Below, piece after piece: positions 38,390 to 51,602 of a DNA stretch of 64,000 nucleotides. The position numbers and the translations under genes are program-made. Origin of the DNA: Vicugna vicugna (Eukaryota); the NCBI GenBank assembly GCA_013265495.1, contig MU058824.1, positions 4,119,111 to 4,183,110 of the forward strand, written 5' to 3'. The stretch's first letter is position 1, and each line of letters starts with the position of its first letter. The notes beneath the pieces were generated by a model that was not told where the DNA came from, did not search any database, and worked only from the letters and a program-made list of their open reading frames with translations.

Positions 38390-39150
38390 AATCTTTATAT
38401 ACTGCTGGCAGAATTGTAAAATGATGCAGCCACTTTGGAAAATATTTTGGCAATTTCTTAAAAGGTTGACTAGAGGTACATATGACCCAACAGTTCTACT
38501 AAAGAAATGAAAACAAATATCTACACAAAAACGAATGCCATAACAGCATTATTCATAATAAGACTGAAATGTCCATCAGTTGATGGATAAACAAAATGTG
38601 GTTATTTATACACTGGAATATTATTTAGTCATAAAAAGGAAATGATGTATGCTATAACATGGATGAACTTGGCAAAAATAAAGCTAGGTGAAAAGAAGCA
38701 GTTACAAAGACCACATACATTATGATTCCACTTATATGAAATGTCCAGAATAGGCATATATATAAGTTAGATAAGTGGTTGTCAGGGGCTCATGGAAGGG
38801 GAAAATGAAGTAATGGCCTTTGGGTTTCTCTTTAGGGTAATAAAAATGTTCTAAAATTGATTGTGGACCCCCCCCCCCAAATTTAAAAAAAATTCCTTAA
38901 TGGGGAGGTTATAGCTCAAGTGGTAGAGGGCATGCTTAGCATACAAAAGGTTCTGGGTTCAATCCCCAGTACCCTCTCTAAAAATAAATAAATAAGTAAA
39001 CCTAATCCCTCCCATTTTTTTAAATTAAAAAAATTAAAAATTTGTTGTGATAATGGTCACACAACTTTGTGAATGTACTTAAAAATTAATTTTACATTTT
39101 AAATTGATGAATTATATGGTGAATGAATTGTATCTCAACAAAGTTGTTTA
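38390..39150 (+). mobile_element. Old L1 (L1MB/L1ME-like) 3' end, interrupted by a SINE
   Basis: CAGCCACTTTGGAAAA..AAATGTCCATCA..ATTCCACTTATATGAAATGTCCAGAATAGGC; resumes at ~39040. Confidence 0.8.
38902..39036 (+). mobile_element. tRNA-derived SINE (Vic-1-like)
   Basis: TATAGCTCAAGTGGTAGAG..GGGTTCAATCCCCAGTACC..AAACCTAAT. Confidence 0.92.
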
Positions 39151-39383
39151 AAACAAAACATCCCAAGACTCTGAAATTGAATTTTCTGAGTTAGAAGTAT
39201 CAAAAAGACCTTACTGTAACAGTAAATAATTGGGTGGTCATCACTTACAGAGCAGGAGTGACTTTTTTCTCACATGTTTTTTTATCAACATTTATTTCAA
39301 CATTAATAATGTCTTCAAGTGTGTTAGCTAATAGTGTTGTGTAAATTTTAAGTAGGATTTCTAAAAATGGTGCCATCTGTTTT

Positions 39384-39525
39384 TATTTTTGGTTTTTTTC
39401 TTTTTTTGAGGGGGGGAGATTTATTTATTTGTTTGTTTCTCAAGAGGATGTACTGGAGATTGAACCCAGGACCTCCTGCATGCTAAGCACGCACACTAAG
39501 TACCATTTGAGCTATATCCTCCCCT
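39384..39525 (-). mobile_element. tRNA-derived SINE (Vic-1-like)
   Basis: Reverse A and B boxes. TSD GTGCCATCTGTTTT at 39370-39383 and 39526-39539. Confidence 0.93.
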
Positions 39526-41079
39526 GTGCCATCTGTTTTATAAGTTCATTTGGAGAAAGCTTGAAACATTGAGGATAGATAAGTAAATAAGGTTGGATTT
39601 TTATCAGTTGGATGATACTTGAATCTTTGGAGCAGATATATGGAAATTGTTAGTTGGTTTTGAAGACTCATAACCTTCTTGGCACATTTCTTTGCAGCTG
39701 TGCCATAGACTCTGCTATCCTGGCAGCAGTTGTGAAGGCTACTTCAAGTGATGTGATTAAAACCCAGAGAGATCATGTTCCAGAATTTAGTAACCTTCAG
39801 GCCAACTATTGGATAAGGCTCAATATGTTTTTGTGTTCTGCTATAAAATCAGGCACTTAAAAAATTCTTTCTGCTGGAGTGAAAGGAAAAGAGGCCTGAA
39901 AAAACAGTAAATGGGAACAGAACCAAAAAATTAGACTTAAGTGCTGTGTCTCTTTTAGACAGTAATTACAGTGCCAGTTGCTTTAAAAGTACAGGCAAAT
40001 TTCCTGGGTTTGGATTTTAAAAATGTCTGTTGTCTTCGTGTAGAATGAACAAAAATGTAAATGTTTAGTTTTCTTTTTTTAAATAGTATTGAGTTCAAAT
40101 GTTTTTTAGTATCTATATCAACTATTTGGATCAAGGTGGCTGGCAGGCTAATTAAGTTTTTGAAAGACTGATTTGGAAGGGTTGTTAATACCTTAGAAAT
40201 TGGAACCAGATTTCAGAACAATGAATTAAATTGTATAGAATACCCACTGTGTGCAAGGGCCTATCCCATTGTCCGAAAGGATCTAAACAGCAGTGTAAGA
40301 CCTAGTATCTTTTATCTAAATTGTACAGTTTCTTTGTAAGAACTTGTACATCTATCTGCCACAATGTATGACTGAATTCTGCTTTGCTAGCCTGTCTTTG
40401 AATTATCAAGGAGATCCTGTCTGAGACATGACTTCCATTTTGATCCACATGTGACCCCAAGTTAACCACTTGGCCTCCTTGGGATGTATGAACAATAGTT
40501 GTTCCAAGCCTTGATCATCATCTTGTATATTTAATTGGTGTATAAGAAGTTCTAGTTAAATCACTGAGGCATGAGGTTCTGTCCTACTTGCCCAGGGTTG
40601 TCCTTGAGCCAGCCCAGGTCAGTGATTCTATATTTCTACTCCCAATTCTCTGTATGTGTTTGAGGGAGGATGGGGTGGAGAGGAGAGAGACGTCGCCTTT
40701 GAGGAATTTCATGCACAAGCCAGGCAAGTGCTCATAGGTTGGTCTCAACTGCCTTCTCCAAGGTACTTTTTTCAGAAGCCATTACATATTTGGATTGGAG
40801 CTTAATAACAACATGAATGGAGTAAAAATATCCCTGCCTAAACTTGGGCTAACAATTGAACTTAGCAGAGTAGAGCATCTTCTTAATAGGTTGCCACCAA
40901 AATCATTTTGCGGATAGAAGCTCAATGGAGAGAGAAGGTAATAGATAGTTCACCTCAAGAATCCTGGAGTCATGGGGTAATGTTGGAATCCTCTGCCTTT
41001 TTTTCTTAAGTCTGTTTGTCCCATTTGGTCTAGTATTCCTAGAGATACTGGGAGCTCACTTGGAACTAGGCTCTTTTTT

Positions 41080-42200
41080 TAATGGGCATCATAGAAAATC
41101 AGAAAATAAAGATGAGCAAAAATAATTTAAAAAATTTCCTCCTATCACCCAGGGATTACCATTGTTAGTATCATAGTGTATATTCTTCTGAATGTTTCCT
41201 TCACATATCTATGTACATGTATGTGTACTTACTTAAGTATCATGAAATCATACTATTCATATTCCTCCTTACCCTTTTTAAACATTTTATTTCAGTAAGT
41301 TTTTATCTCTTCTAATTTTACCATATTCATATTTCTCCAGTTCTCTCCCCAAAATCCTTTTAAACTTGTTTATTTAAACTAATATACAGTCTGGCATGCA
41401 CATGTTATTTGATTATTTCCTTTAATCTCTTTTAATCTAGCACAGTTTCTGTCTTTTTCCTTTTAGAATAATAATTACACTGACTTACTGAGAACTTCTG
41501 CAGAACCAACTTTTGGATGATCTGATTGCTTCCTTGTGATGTCATTTGTTCTTCTATCCCTGTATTTCCTGTAAACTAGAAATTATATCCAATAGTTTTA
41601 TGGAGCAACGTATTCTTTGCTTGAATGCCAAACAGAGGTTAAGTCTGAATTTCACAGTGTGTCATATTAGATGTCATATCTGGTTGCCCCACTGTTAATA
41701 ATGCTAAGATTGGCTGTTGGATTAAGATGATGGGAGTTTGGTCTCTTAACAGTGTGGTTAGGTTCTCCTTGCAACTGCAAATAACCTGTTACACACCCCC
41801 ATCAGCCATTCATCTAATGATTTTAGCCTGTTTGATAACCGTTGCCTGAATCAGCAGTTTTCTGGGGTTGGCAAAATGGTTTTCTAATTCTGAAATTTCT
41901 ATATGTATTAGCTGGCATTCTTCTACAATGTAGAATTAGGTAGAACTAGGGCTTTCAGTTACCTTAAAAGGTAGGATAAATGCATGATTTTTTTGGTTTT
42001 AATGACCAAGTTTTGAAATGAGAAGTTGTTTTAATAGACACCTTAAGAAGTGATAGTTGAGATTTTACTTTTCCCTTTTTAAAAAGTTACCGTTAAGGGG
42101 CTCCCAGATTTTCATTGATACGATGTGTTTTGGTCAGCTACAGTCTTACCTTTCTTTTCTTGCTTAAACTGGTAGAACTTTGGCCAGTGGGAGCTGTTGC
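41080..42200 (-). mobile_element. Degraded L1MC/L1ME-type 3' UTR fragments
   Basis: CTATCCCTGTATTTCCTGTAAACT..CTGGTTGCCCCACTGTTAATAATGCTAAG..GCAAAATGGT..TTCTAATTCT. Confidence 0.55.
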
Positions 42201-42919
42201 TCTTGGTCCTGTAGAACAGGTATCAGAAAGGATTAGGTTGGTGCTGTTGTTCTCCCCACTGTCCCATTTTGTAGCTTAAAACTTTCACTTTTAAACCCTC
42301 AAATCTTTGTTTCTGAGGTGACAGGCTGCTAACTGTTGAGTCCAGGAAATGCTTCACTTTTCCACTTCATACTTCACTTTACAATGCAAACCCCCATCTC
42401 AGATATGCACATTGAGAAATAATTCTAACAGTGCTCAAGAAGCCACACTTCCATGACAGCTTTAAGAGCCTCACCACTTTTAAAGAGATGTGCGCATTTT
42501 GCCCAAGTATCTGTAATTCGGTTTTGTGGTTTGATGCCTCTTGTTTTTTATACCTAGATTTCAAGGAATATGCATATATCTCAAAGTGTTTTTCTTCTGA
42601 TGTTTATATAAAAAGATTGTATGTTTATGTTTCACAAACTCAATACAACTGTTTTTTTTTTTTTTAACAAAGCAATATGCCAAAGTCCAGTTACATTCCA
42701 GCTATCCTTGAGAGAGCTTGTCATTTGGAAAACCATGCTGCCTGTCAACAAAGGGGATGTGAGTTCTGGATGAGCCTGACACTAAGAGGCCATCTCGCTG
42801 CATGTAAAGAACTGTTAATGGTATTGTCTGACAGTGTTTTAAGTATATTGCATACTAGCATGATAATTTGCTATGGAGTTTGTTTACTGTGTTTTAGTTT
42901 CCTTTTAGGAAAGAAGTGG

Positions 42920-43830
42920 TAGGAGATACAATCAGAAAGGTGTAGGATAGCCAGGTCATGTGATACCTTGTAGACCAAGGAGTTAAGGACGTTGGATTTT
43001 ATTTTGAGTGAGAGAAGGAACCAAAGTTTTAAGAGGAAGAGTGTCATAATCCATCTGAACCTTTAAAAGGGTCATTCATGCTACTACGTGGAGAACAGAC
43101 TGGGGAGGAGGTAGGGAAAGTTCACGGGGAAGAGTGGAGCTAAGGACACTAGTTAGGAAACTATTGCATCAGTCCAGGCTTTGGCTTGGGTAGCAGCAGT
43201 GGAGATGATGCTATGTAGTTAAATTTCAGGCATATTTTAAAAGTAGAGCCAGCAGGATTTGCCAACTCATCAGCTGTGGGATGTGAGTGAAAGGGAGAAG
43301 TTGAGGAAGATGCAAAAGGTTTTGGCTGGAGTAGCTGGTAAATAGTTCTGCCATTTACTGAAACTGGAGGTAGGTTTAGAGGAGAAGATCAGGAGCTCAG
43401 TTTTGGATGTGCTCTGTTTGAGATGCTGCTTAGATATCTAAACAATATTGAATAGGTAGCAGAATATACAAATCTGGGTTTCTTTGGGGTGGGAGGTGGG
43501 GGAGTCAGGGCTTGGAGATAAAAATTTTGGAGTCATCAGCCATGGGACTTGTTGGAATCCCTAAAGGAGTGAATATAGATAGAAAAGAGAAGTCTGAGGT
43601 CTAATCCTTGGGATGTTCCAACCTTTGGAAATTGGGGAGATGAGAATCCAGCAAATAGACTGAGAAATTGCAGTCAGGGATATAGGAAGTTTTCCTGAGG
43701 CCAACTGAAGAAAAGCATTTCCACAAGAGTGGGGTCAGCTGGGCCAAATGCTCCCAGTAGGTCAAGAAAGACAAGGATTCAGAATCGACTGTTGGATTTT
43801 GCAGTGTAGTGGTCTCTGGAAACGTGACAG
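42920..43830 (-). mobile_element. L2 LINE fragment
   Basis: TTGGATTTTATT..AGTTAGGAAACTATTGCA..GTAGAGCCAGCAGGATTTG..TCAGGAGCTCAGTTTTGGA..GGAGTCATCAGC. Confidence 0.85.
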
Positions 43831-44103
43831 TGTCTCTGCTTTACCTCTCTACCTTCCCCTGAGGACTAAAGGCAGTTGCTCTGAAACTTCTCCACTTCCC
43901 CCACTGTTTCAAACTCAACCTCTTTGTGTTCCCTAATTCTAAACTTTGGGCTTCACACCCTGACTTGAGTCCTCACTTCTGTTCTCTTCCCTTGATTTCA
44001 CATATTTGCCTGACTCTTCCTAGGATGTTATTCGTCTCTTTCCCCCTATAATGCTTCTTATCTAGTTTGTTACTCTGCACCCAGTGTCTTCTGCTAGCCA
44101 AAG

Positions 44104-44726
44104 TAGGGTTTGTAATCATTTAGATGTGTGTCATGGACTCCTTTGGTAATCACGTTTTGCTTTTTTTCCCCTTCTGTTTTATGAGGGGGAGGTAATTGGG
44201 TTTATTTACTTATTTATATTTGGAGGAGGTACTGGGGATTGAACCCAGGATCTCGTGCATGCTAAGCATGCACCCTACTGCTTGAGCTATACCCTCCCGC
44301 CTCCTTTGGTAATCGGATGAAGTTTATAGGACCCTTTCTAGGAGAATATTTTTAATTGGATAAAATAAAATACATGAGATTATAAAGGAAAACACTGTAG
44401 TTATCAAAATATTAAAAACTAATTTGTGATAAAAATATATTTGAATCCTTATTAACGCATTAAATAACACATTCTAGCAGTGGGCCTAATGCTGTTGTAA
44501 ATTCAAAGTAGTGATAAGTATAAATGATATTTCAGTATATCTGCAGCAACTGTATTATACGAAAATATATGTGGTTTTTGGATAGAGTCACAGGTACTGT
44601 CAGTCCTAATGTGATTTGTTCCTATATTCAAAATAGAGTGGAGTTTTACATTTCAGTTTCAAGTGAAGGAAAATAAAGTTAAAATTTTATTGTCATGTAA
44701 GTCTTGGGTCCCAGGTTAAGAAGCTA
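44104..44726. mobile_element. Charlie4-like hAT DNA transposon relic, split by a SINE
   Basis: TGTGTCATGGACTCCTTTGG..ATAAAATAAAATACAT..TTATTAACGCATTAAATAAC..CCCAGGTTAAGAA. Confidence 0.7.
44152..44300 (-). mobile_element. tRNA-derived SINE (Vic-1-like)
   Basis: Well-preserved reverse copy. Perfect 14-bp TSD CTCCTTTGGTAATC at 44138-44151 and 44301-44314. Confidence 0.96.
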
Positions 44727-45299
44727 AATAGGTGAGAGCTGTCGTGCTGATGTGAGCAGAGCACTGAGCGCTCCCTTGCTAGGTGGAAGAACAAGCTTTG
44801 TCTGCAGGGAAGCGTACTGCCACCTTCTTCACAGAGGAGGAGTCAGACATGGACTTTACGGCATGAGTTAGAGCGCCCAGGGTAGGTTCTCGAGCAGGAA
44901 TAATAACTTTATAAAGTGTATTTTGAAAAAAATCAGAAAACTCGTGGTAAACACTGTCATTTAATGTAGAATGTTTGGCTGGATTCTTTTAAGTTTCAAA
45001 AATTGCCCCCCTTATTTTAGTATGAAAAGTTTCTTCTTTTGCAGCTGTGTACTCCTTTCTCTGATTACCGTATTCAGAGCTGCCTTGAGACCTGTATTTT
45101 ATTCTTTAGGAGTTCAGTTTGGGTGATCTTGTCTATATCCTTTGTCTTGTGGGTTGGCGACAGCTTGAGAGGGAAGTAGTGCTTGTGTCCATTCATTCAC
45201 CTCTAGGATGGTTCTGCATTGTTTTCCAGCAAAGGGCTTGTCCCTTAGTGCCAAAGGAGTGAATTTTGATATTCAGGGGAAAAGGTAAAAGAGAAGCCC

Positions 45300-45705
45300 A
45301 GCCCATTGAAAAATTGGGTGGTATGTTTTCTTACTGTTGAGTTTTAAGAGTTCTATGAATACTTTTGGATGCCAGTCCTTTATCAGATATACATTTTGCA
45401 AATATTTCCTACTAGTCTTTGGCTTTGTCTTCATTTTTTTAACAGTGTCTTTCATGGGGCAGTTTTAAATTTTAATGAAGTCCATCTTACCAATTTTTTT
45501 TCTCTCATGGATTGTGCTTTGGTTTTAGATCTAAAACTCATTGTCAAAACAGTCACTTAGATTTTTTTTTCCTTTTATCTTTTAAAAGTTTTATAGTTTT
45601 GCATCTTACATTTAGTTCTATGATGTGTTTTGAGTTCATTTTCGTGAAAGTTGTATGGTCAGTGTCTAGGTCCTTTTTTTTTTTTTGTATGTGGCTATCT
45701 GTTCA
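45300..45705 (-). mobile_element. Old L1 ORF2 fragment
   Basis: ORF 45273..45455 (KDTVKKMK..) and TTTATCAGATATACATTTTGCAAATATTT. Confidence 0.8.
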
Positions 45706-48149
45706 TTTATTTTTAATGCTCTCTTTTGGAAGAGATTTTTAAGTTGCTGAATAATGTCTTTCAACCTTCATTTTTCCAGCCCTCATGGAATCTAAGTTTT
45801 TGACAATGGTCCCAAATGGTGGTCCCCCCATAGTCACTAGATGGTAGTATGTGAACTGTTGGAAGCACAGTTTTCATTTTTCTTCAGTTGTATCCAGTAG
45901 AAACACGTATAACATGATATGTTAAATAAAAGGGTTTTGTATAAGAGTAAGATAAATGTCAGTTTTGGTACCTCTTTGGAAACCTATCTAATGTATGCTT
46001 AAAATCATCAGCTCTTAGGGTTCTTTTCACCAGTCTAACTTTATTATTATATGATATTAGATTAATAGGAGGCTGAAAGTATAATTTTTACTAACTCCTT
46101 GAAAATCATCTTCAATATTTTTGACACAGCAGTTTACGTTGTGATTTGATTTGCCATTCTACTATCCTAGGAGATTTTAGTATTTAAGGACATTGTTGTA
46201 TATATATTCTTTCTTCCAAATCATGGTTGTTGAATATGTTAAATGCTGTTAACTGATATCAGTATCAGCAAGAACTCTATGGTTTATATTATGATTATCC
46301 ATAATTACACCTTTTTGACAACTATACCTTCCCCCTCCTCATCCTTCCTAGAATTGTCATCCAGCAAGTTTTTCACTCGCTAAGCTTATTAGTAAGTTTA
46401 TTTCTGAAACATAGAAATTGATAATAAATATTAGCAAATGATTTTTCATCATTTTGATGTGATCAAACTTTTAAAAATTGGTTTTTTTGATCTAATACTT
46501 TGTTGATAATTTTTCTTTGATTGAGTTAGTTTAGGAATCAGGCTTTCCTTAGGCAAACATGAATGGTTTATGGTGACACATTATGTTACATGTGTTGTCA
46601 CTATACTCTGTGTGTGTGTGTATATATTGTATGCTGCAATTTTATTTAGTATTTTTATTCTTGTTTGAGATTAATGTTTTCTCATTTTAATGCTTTTTAT
46701 ATTTTATAATCAATATTATATAAAATGAATTGTAGACAGTTTACACTGGGAAATTAGGAATAGTCACTGTCACTGGGATTATTTCTGTACATTTGAAGAA
46801 AATAACTGGTAATAAATGTATCTAGTAAGGAATTTTTAATCCTTTGTAGTTTTTAATAAATTTCTCTGCTATTGCCAATTTCATTATTTCTCATTTTCTT
46901 TTTATGAATGCACACGAGTAAAAACCTATCTTTAAACAAATCTAAAACAGTTATTTCAATAAGTGTAAAATAAAAATTTTTAGTATTAAAATGTGTCAAA
47001 GTTTGGTTGGCTGCATTCTTTCTGAATGGCGCATGGAATGATTGGACATCTGAATTGATAGCATTATAGATTTTACCAAATGTGGTGTTTGTCAGTATAA
47101 TGTCCACAGGAGTGGTGGTGGAATGTCTTCTTAGGTTCAACTAAACATTTGTACATTTAGACTGGTAAAATCATCGTAGGACTTCCTGGGCAACACTTTG
47201 TTAGAAGGATATAGGACAGAGACTATAATTTGTCAGTACGACAGTGGGAGTCCTTGCAGCAGTTCATTCTTTCTGAAGTGCTGCCCTCACAGCTTCAGAG
47301 AGAAGCTCATAGGTTCAGAGAGAGGAAATCCACACCGAGTGGTGTGGAGAACTCCATGGGCATAGTTTCCAGGGTCCTCTGCAGAGGACTTGCCCAAATA
47401 ATTACATGTCACCATGCTCTGAGAAGCTCAAAAACATGGCTTCCTACTAAGTGTTTATTGTACTTCCAGTCTAGATGCAGTTTACTGATTTGGTCATTTC
47501 TTTTGTAAGCAACATTACCAGGTAACATAGGTGGCATGCTGTCTTAATCAGGTTAACAGGGATTAACCTAAGGTCAAGTTCTCAGCTAAGGAGAACGGGT
47601 TTTGTTCATCTTTGGTCCACACTCATGCGTGCTCATTTTTCATTTATGGCCTCTTGTTTTAGTACCATCTTTTAGAAGGTTTTTCTTACTCCAAGTTTAG
47701 TTTTTAAATCTACATTTTCTTTTAAAATCAGTTTTATTTTTTACATTCACACAGATCTTTGAGCTGCCATCTTCTGTATGGTGAGGTAGGAGCTAAAGCT
47801 TTTTTTCAAATGACTAATCAGTTGTTCTAATCATTTATTGAATAGTTATTTATTTTCCTGTTGTTTAGAAATGTCATTATTAGAGGAGTTATTAGGAGAT
47901 CTTCAAATCAACAAATGGTTGGTATATTAAAAATGTGCACTTTCTAAAGTAATAAAAACCTATTTATAATCTTGTGAATGTGTATTAGATTTGTTATTTG
48001 TATACTGAGAATCTATAAGGTCAGTTATTTTCTCAAGGAAAGTATGTGTAGTCTGAAAAGTAGTATAATTTTTTTCTTAAAAGGAGTTTGCCTTAATGAA
48101 GGCTGTTGTGCTTATTTAGGTGGCCTTACTCTGAAAACTACTCCATGTA

Positions 48150-48365
48150 CTGGAAAGTAGTGAATCAGGAGTTTGAATAATGGGGTTGTGGTTTCAGACC
48201 TGCCACTTCACTGACTGCTGTTTTGTGCAAGTCAGCCTCTCCTGTGTTTTGTTTTGCTCAGTTAAACTGCACCAATAACAATCCCCATCCTTCCTACTTC
48301 CGAGAATTGTTGAGGATTCGATGAGATAATGGATATAAAGGCACTTTTAATTGGTAAAACAGTTT
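48150..48365 (+). mobile_element. MIR fragment
   Basis: CTGCCACTTCACTGACTG..GCAAGTCA..TTGTTGAGGATTCGATGAGATAATGGATATAAAG. Confidence 0.65.
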
Positions 48366-50139
48366 AAATGTAAGGAATTATTGCATCTTAATTTTTCCTC
48401 CCTTTTTCTTGTAGGTAGCGTTGGTGCTTCTTTTCAGTGCCAGTCCATCCATCACGACCACATTTGTCATGATGACAGTGACAAGGTGAGGTCCGTGTTG
48501 ATGTCTACAATGGTGAAAATGCATGCTGCCCTTATGTTGCTGAATTCACTTGCCTAACTCTGGACGGAGGGCGAGGAGTGTGTGACTTGGGGAGCACAAT
48601 GTTGTGATGCAGAGGGCCTTGCTGGTTTGTGTGCCAGATTATTAGACTGCTCCAGAAAACTTGAGGATAATTTCCCAGGATGTGGGCTGGACTCCTAATA
48701 AACCTTCCATTTCCTTGCCCCCATCCCTTTCTCTGTCACCATGCTTCCTCTTTTCCTGCACAGCCTGGATGGATTATCTTAATATATGAACAGGCACTCC
48801 CAAAGCTGATAAGTATCTCAGCAATTTCTGTTTCTAATTTGAAATATCTTAAACATTCTGATTTGGTTTGTTTCTGTAGTAGATTGTATTGTAGTTTCTT
48901 ATACTTATTTTTTTGGCTCTGTTTCCAAAGCTTGATCTAAATGTTGAGGATTGAGCATGGAACCTGTCTGATTCATGCAAAAGAAACGTGCATTGGGCCT
49001 GTTTTGTTTTTAAAATCAGGTCCCAACTTTTGGTAGTTTTGTTTCATTTTGGTATTTTGTTTCTGTTCTTTTTATCTCTGAAGAAACTGATCTTTGAGGG
49101 GCTTTCCAGTACACATCAGTACCCTTGATGGCCCAACCCTTGCAGTAGTTACTAATGTGGGCTTGGTGTTTGGAACATCTGGCAGCTAATATTGGATGGG
49201 CTTAAATTTATTCTTTTCCATCATCAGTTTCCAGTGGTTTCCCTCCCATTTCCTGTGTCTCCTATGCAGGAATCTATCACTCCCTTGGTAGTTTCCCCAG
49301 GCAGACCAATTCAAGCGATCTTTTTCTCTGCTGTTTTAATCAAGATCCTCCTCCCTCATCCTTTTGGAGCTCAATCAAGAAGTTGGTTCATCATTGGGAT
49401 TTTCCAAATGGCCTTCTTTGTTTGGTGTGTTGTTTTGTCTCTGAGCTTTGCTCAGTCAGATTTCAGTCTATTTACAGAGAAAGTGGTATGATTTTAGCAT
49501 TCCAGATTCTCTTTTATTATTAGAGTGATCCAGAGGGTTTAATTTTTAACTTCTTTTAGAAGCAAGCCACTGAAGGAGACTTCTAGACTATATAGTTAGC
49601 TCCATGAAAGTCAGTGTACCAGATTTTAGAAATGAACATTTGAAAATAAGACTAGTGATAGAAGGAAAAGGTAAAATCACTTTAGGTCAGTAATATTATA
49701 AACAATTGCATTTCATAATTGTAAAGATGTTTGAAAGTTAAATTTTCTTTTCCCTGCTAAGTATAATATGCCTCTATTCATGTTTGTTTATGGTGGAGAA
49801 ACCAGACTATGCTCTGTTCTGTCTCTAGGTTTAGCATCTAGAGATGAGATTTCTGTCCACCTCTGCCAGATATTTTTCATCTATTTTAAAATGGTTTTCC
49901 TCTTAATTTCTGAATCTTTGTATGACTGAATTTATGCTTTTAGGAGATGGGATCTTTCCTGAAATATATCGGGAGGGGGAAGAGAAATTTTAAGGGATTT
50001 TGTCACTTGATCAGCAGATGAGAGAACTCAGAAATTGCTTTCCTGTCTCTCCTGCTTACGAAGGATATACATATGATTGTTTCCCAGAGGGAAATGGAGA
50101 GAATGGATTAGGGTCTCTTGACTCTGTTTATGATTCAAC

Positions 50140-50415
50140 TGATTCAGTCAGCAAATAATATTTGTTGATTGGCAGCTATGTTTCTTGGCACTTCGGGAAT
50201 ACATCAGGATACAAAACAAAGATTACTGTTTTTTTATGACTATGTAGTCTAACTGGGAGAGGCAGACAATAAAAATAAACATAATACATAAATTTTATAG
50301 TATGTTACAGTAAGCACAGTAGGTTAAAGAAAATGTACAGCAGAGTAAGTGGGATGAGGACCACTAAGAGTTGGATGGTACAGATTACAGCTTTGAATAG
50401 GATCATTAGACATCA
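50140..50415 (-). mobile_element. L2a-like 3' fragment
   Basis: ATTCAGTCAGCAAATA..GGAGAGGCAGACAATAAA. Confidence 0.55.
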
Positions 50416-51214
50416 TTCTGGGAGGCGAGTGGTGTATAGAATAAGATAAGAATCAGACCTCTGTGTTTGCAGCAGTTTCTGACTTCTTTCTATAATAAAT
50501 GGGTGTTGGTTTTGCAAAGCGTTAACAACCTGGGTGTGTGTGTTCTCTCTCTCTCCATCCCTCCCTCCCTCCCCTTCTCTCTGAGAAGTGAAGGGATTCT
50601 AGAGCACAGCTAATTCAACCTTCTTATTAAAAATAAACTTGGAACCTGTAACCCTAGTGGGAGAAAAGACTTGTTCAGGAGTCACCCTGCAGGGCTGGAG
50701 CTAGATCAGATCTTCTATCTCTGATGCAAGCCGTGTAAAATAATTGTCTAGCTATTCTGAACACACTGTCATAACACATGTTGATGCTTTGCTTATTATC
50801 CACACTTTCAGGCATGGTCCATTTCTCAGATTTGGGAACAAAAGGTGATTTTTCTTAAAAGTTGTCTTAATTTTAACTAATCTTTGTGTGATGGTGGTGG
50901 AACTAGGGTTCAGGCAAGGAGAAAGAGGGTGAGTCCATTTGTCAGACCTCCCTTCTACAATCTTGGAAATGGTGGCAAGTCCCCAAATTCCATGGTTTGG
51001 CCTGTTTTCCAACTTAAGTTTCTCTGCTGATGTTCATTGGCTTGTACACCTTACAGTGCTGGAAGGAGCTGATTCCAGCTGTGAGGTTTACTATTAAATA
51101 CTGTGAGTTACAAACTTTCATATTATCAGTTTATATTGGGCTTAGCAATTCACACAAGCCCTCCAGCAATATTTTTATATTCATTCATAATGTCATAGCC
51201 CATAATTTCCAGGT

Positions 51215-51480
51215 AGCAAACATTTATTTGTTATATATTTGAGTATCTACTATATACTGAACATTGTTCTAGGCATTGGGGACAATGCATTGACCAAAAC
51301 AGACAGGAATCCTTACTCTTACGAAGCTTGCTTTATGTTAAGTGGGTTAGGGAGGTGGCAAGACGGTAAGTAAAGAAATTGTTAGTTCATTTGTGTTATG
51401 AAGAATAATAGATCAGGGAAGGGATATAGGAGTATTGGACTAAAACAGGGTAGTCACAACAGGGATTTAAAATAGGGGTG
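51215..51480 (-). mobile_element. L2a-like 3' fragment
   Basis: TTGAGTATCTACTAT..TTGTTCTAGGCATTGGGGA..AAACAGACAGGAATCC. Confidence 0.6.
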
Positions 51481-51481
51481 G

Positions 51482-51602
51482 TTTTATCCTCATTTGTGGA
51501 TAAAGACTGTGAGACGAAGATTAAGTAATTTGCCCAATTAGTAAGTAGTAAAACTGGGATTCACTCCCAGGCTAACCTAACTCCAGAGTCTGTGCTTGAC
51601 CA
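51482..51602 (-). mobile_element. MIR fragment
   Basis: GATTAAGTAATTTGCCC..CTGGGATTCACTCCCAGG..CTCCAGAGTCTGTGCT. Confidence 0.65.
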
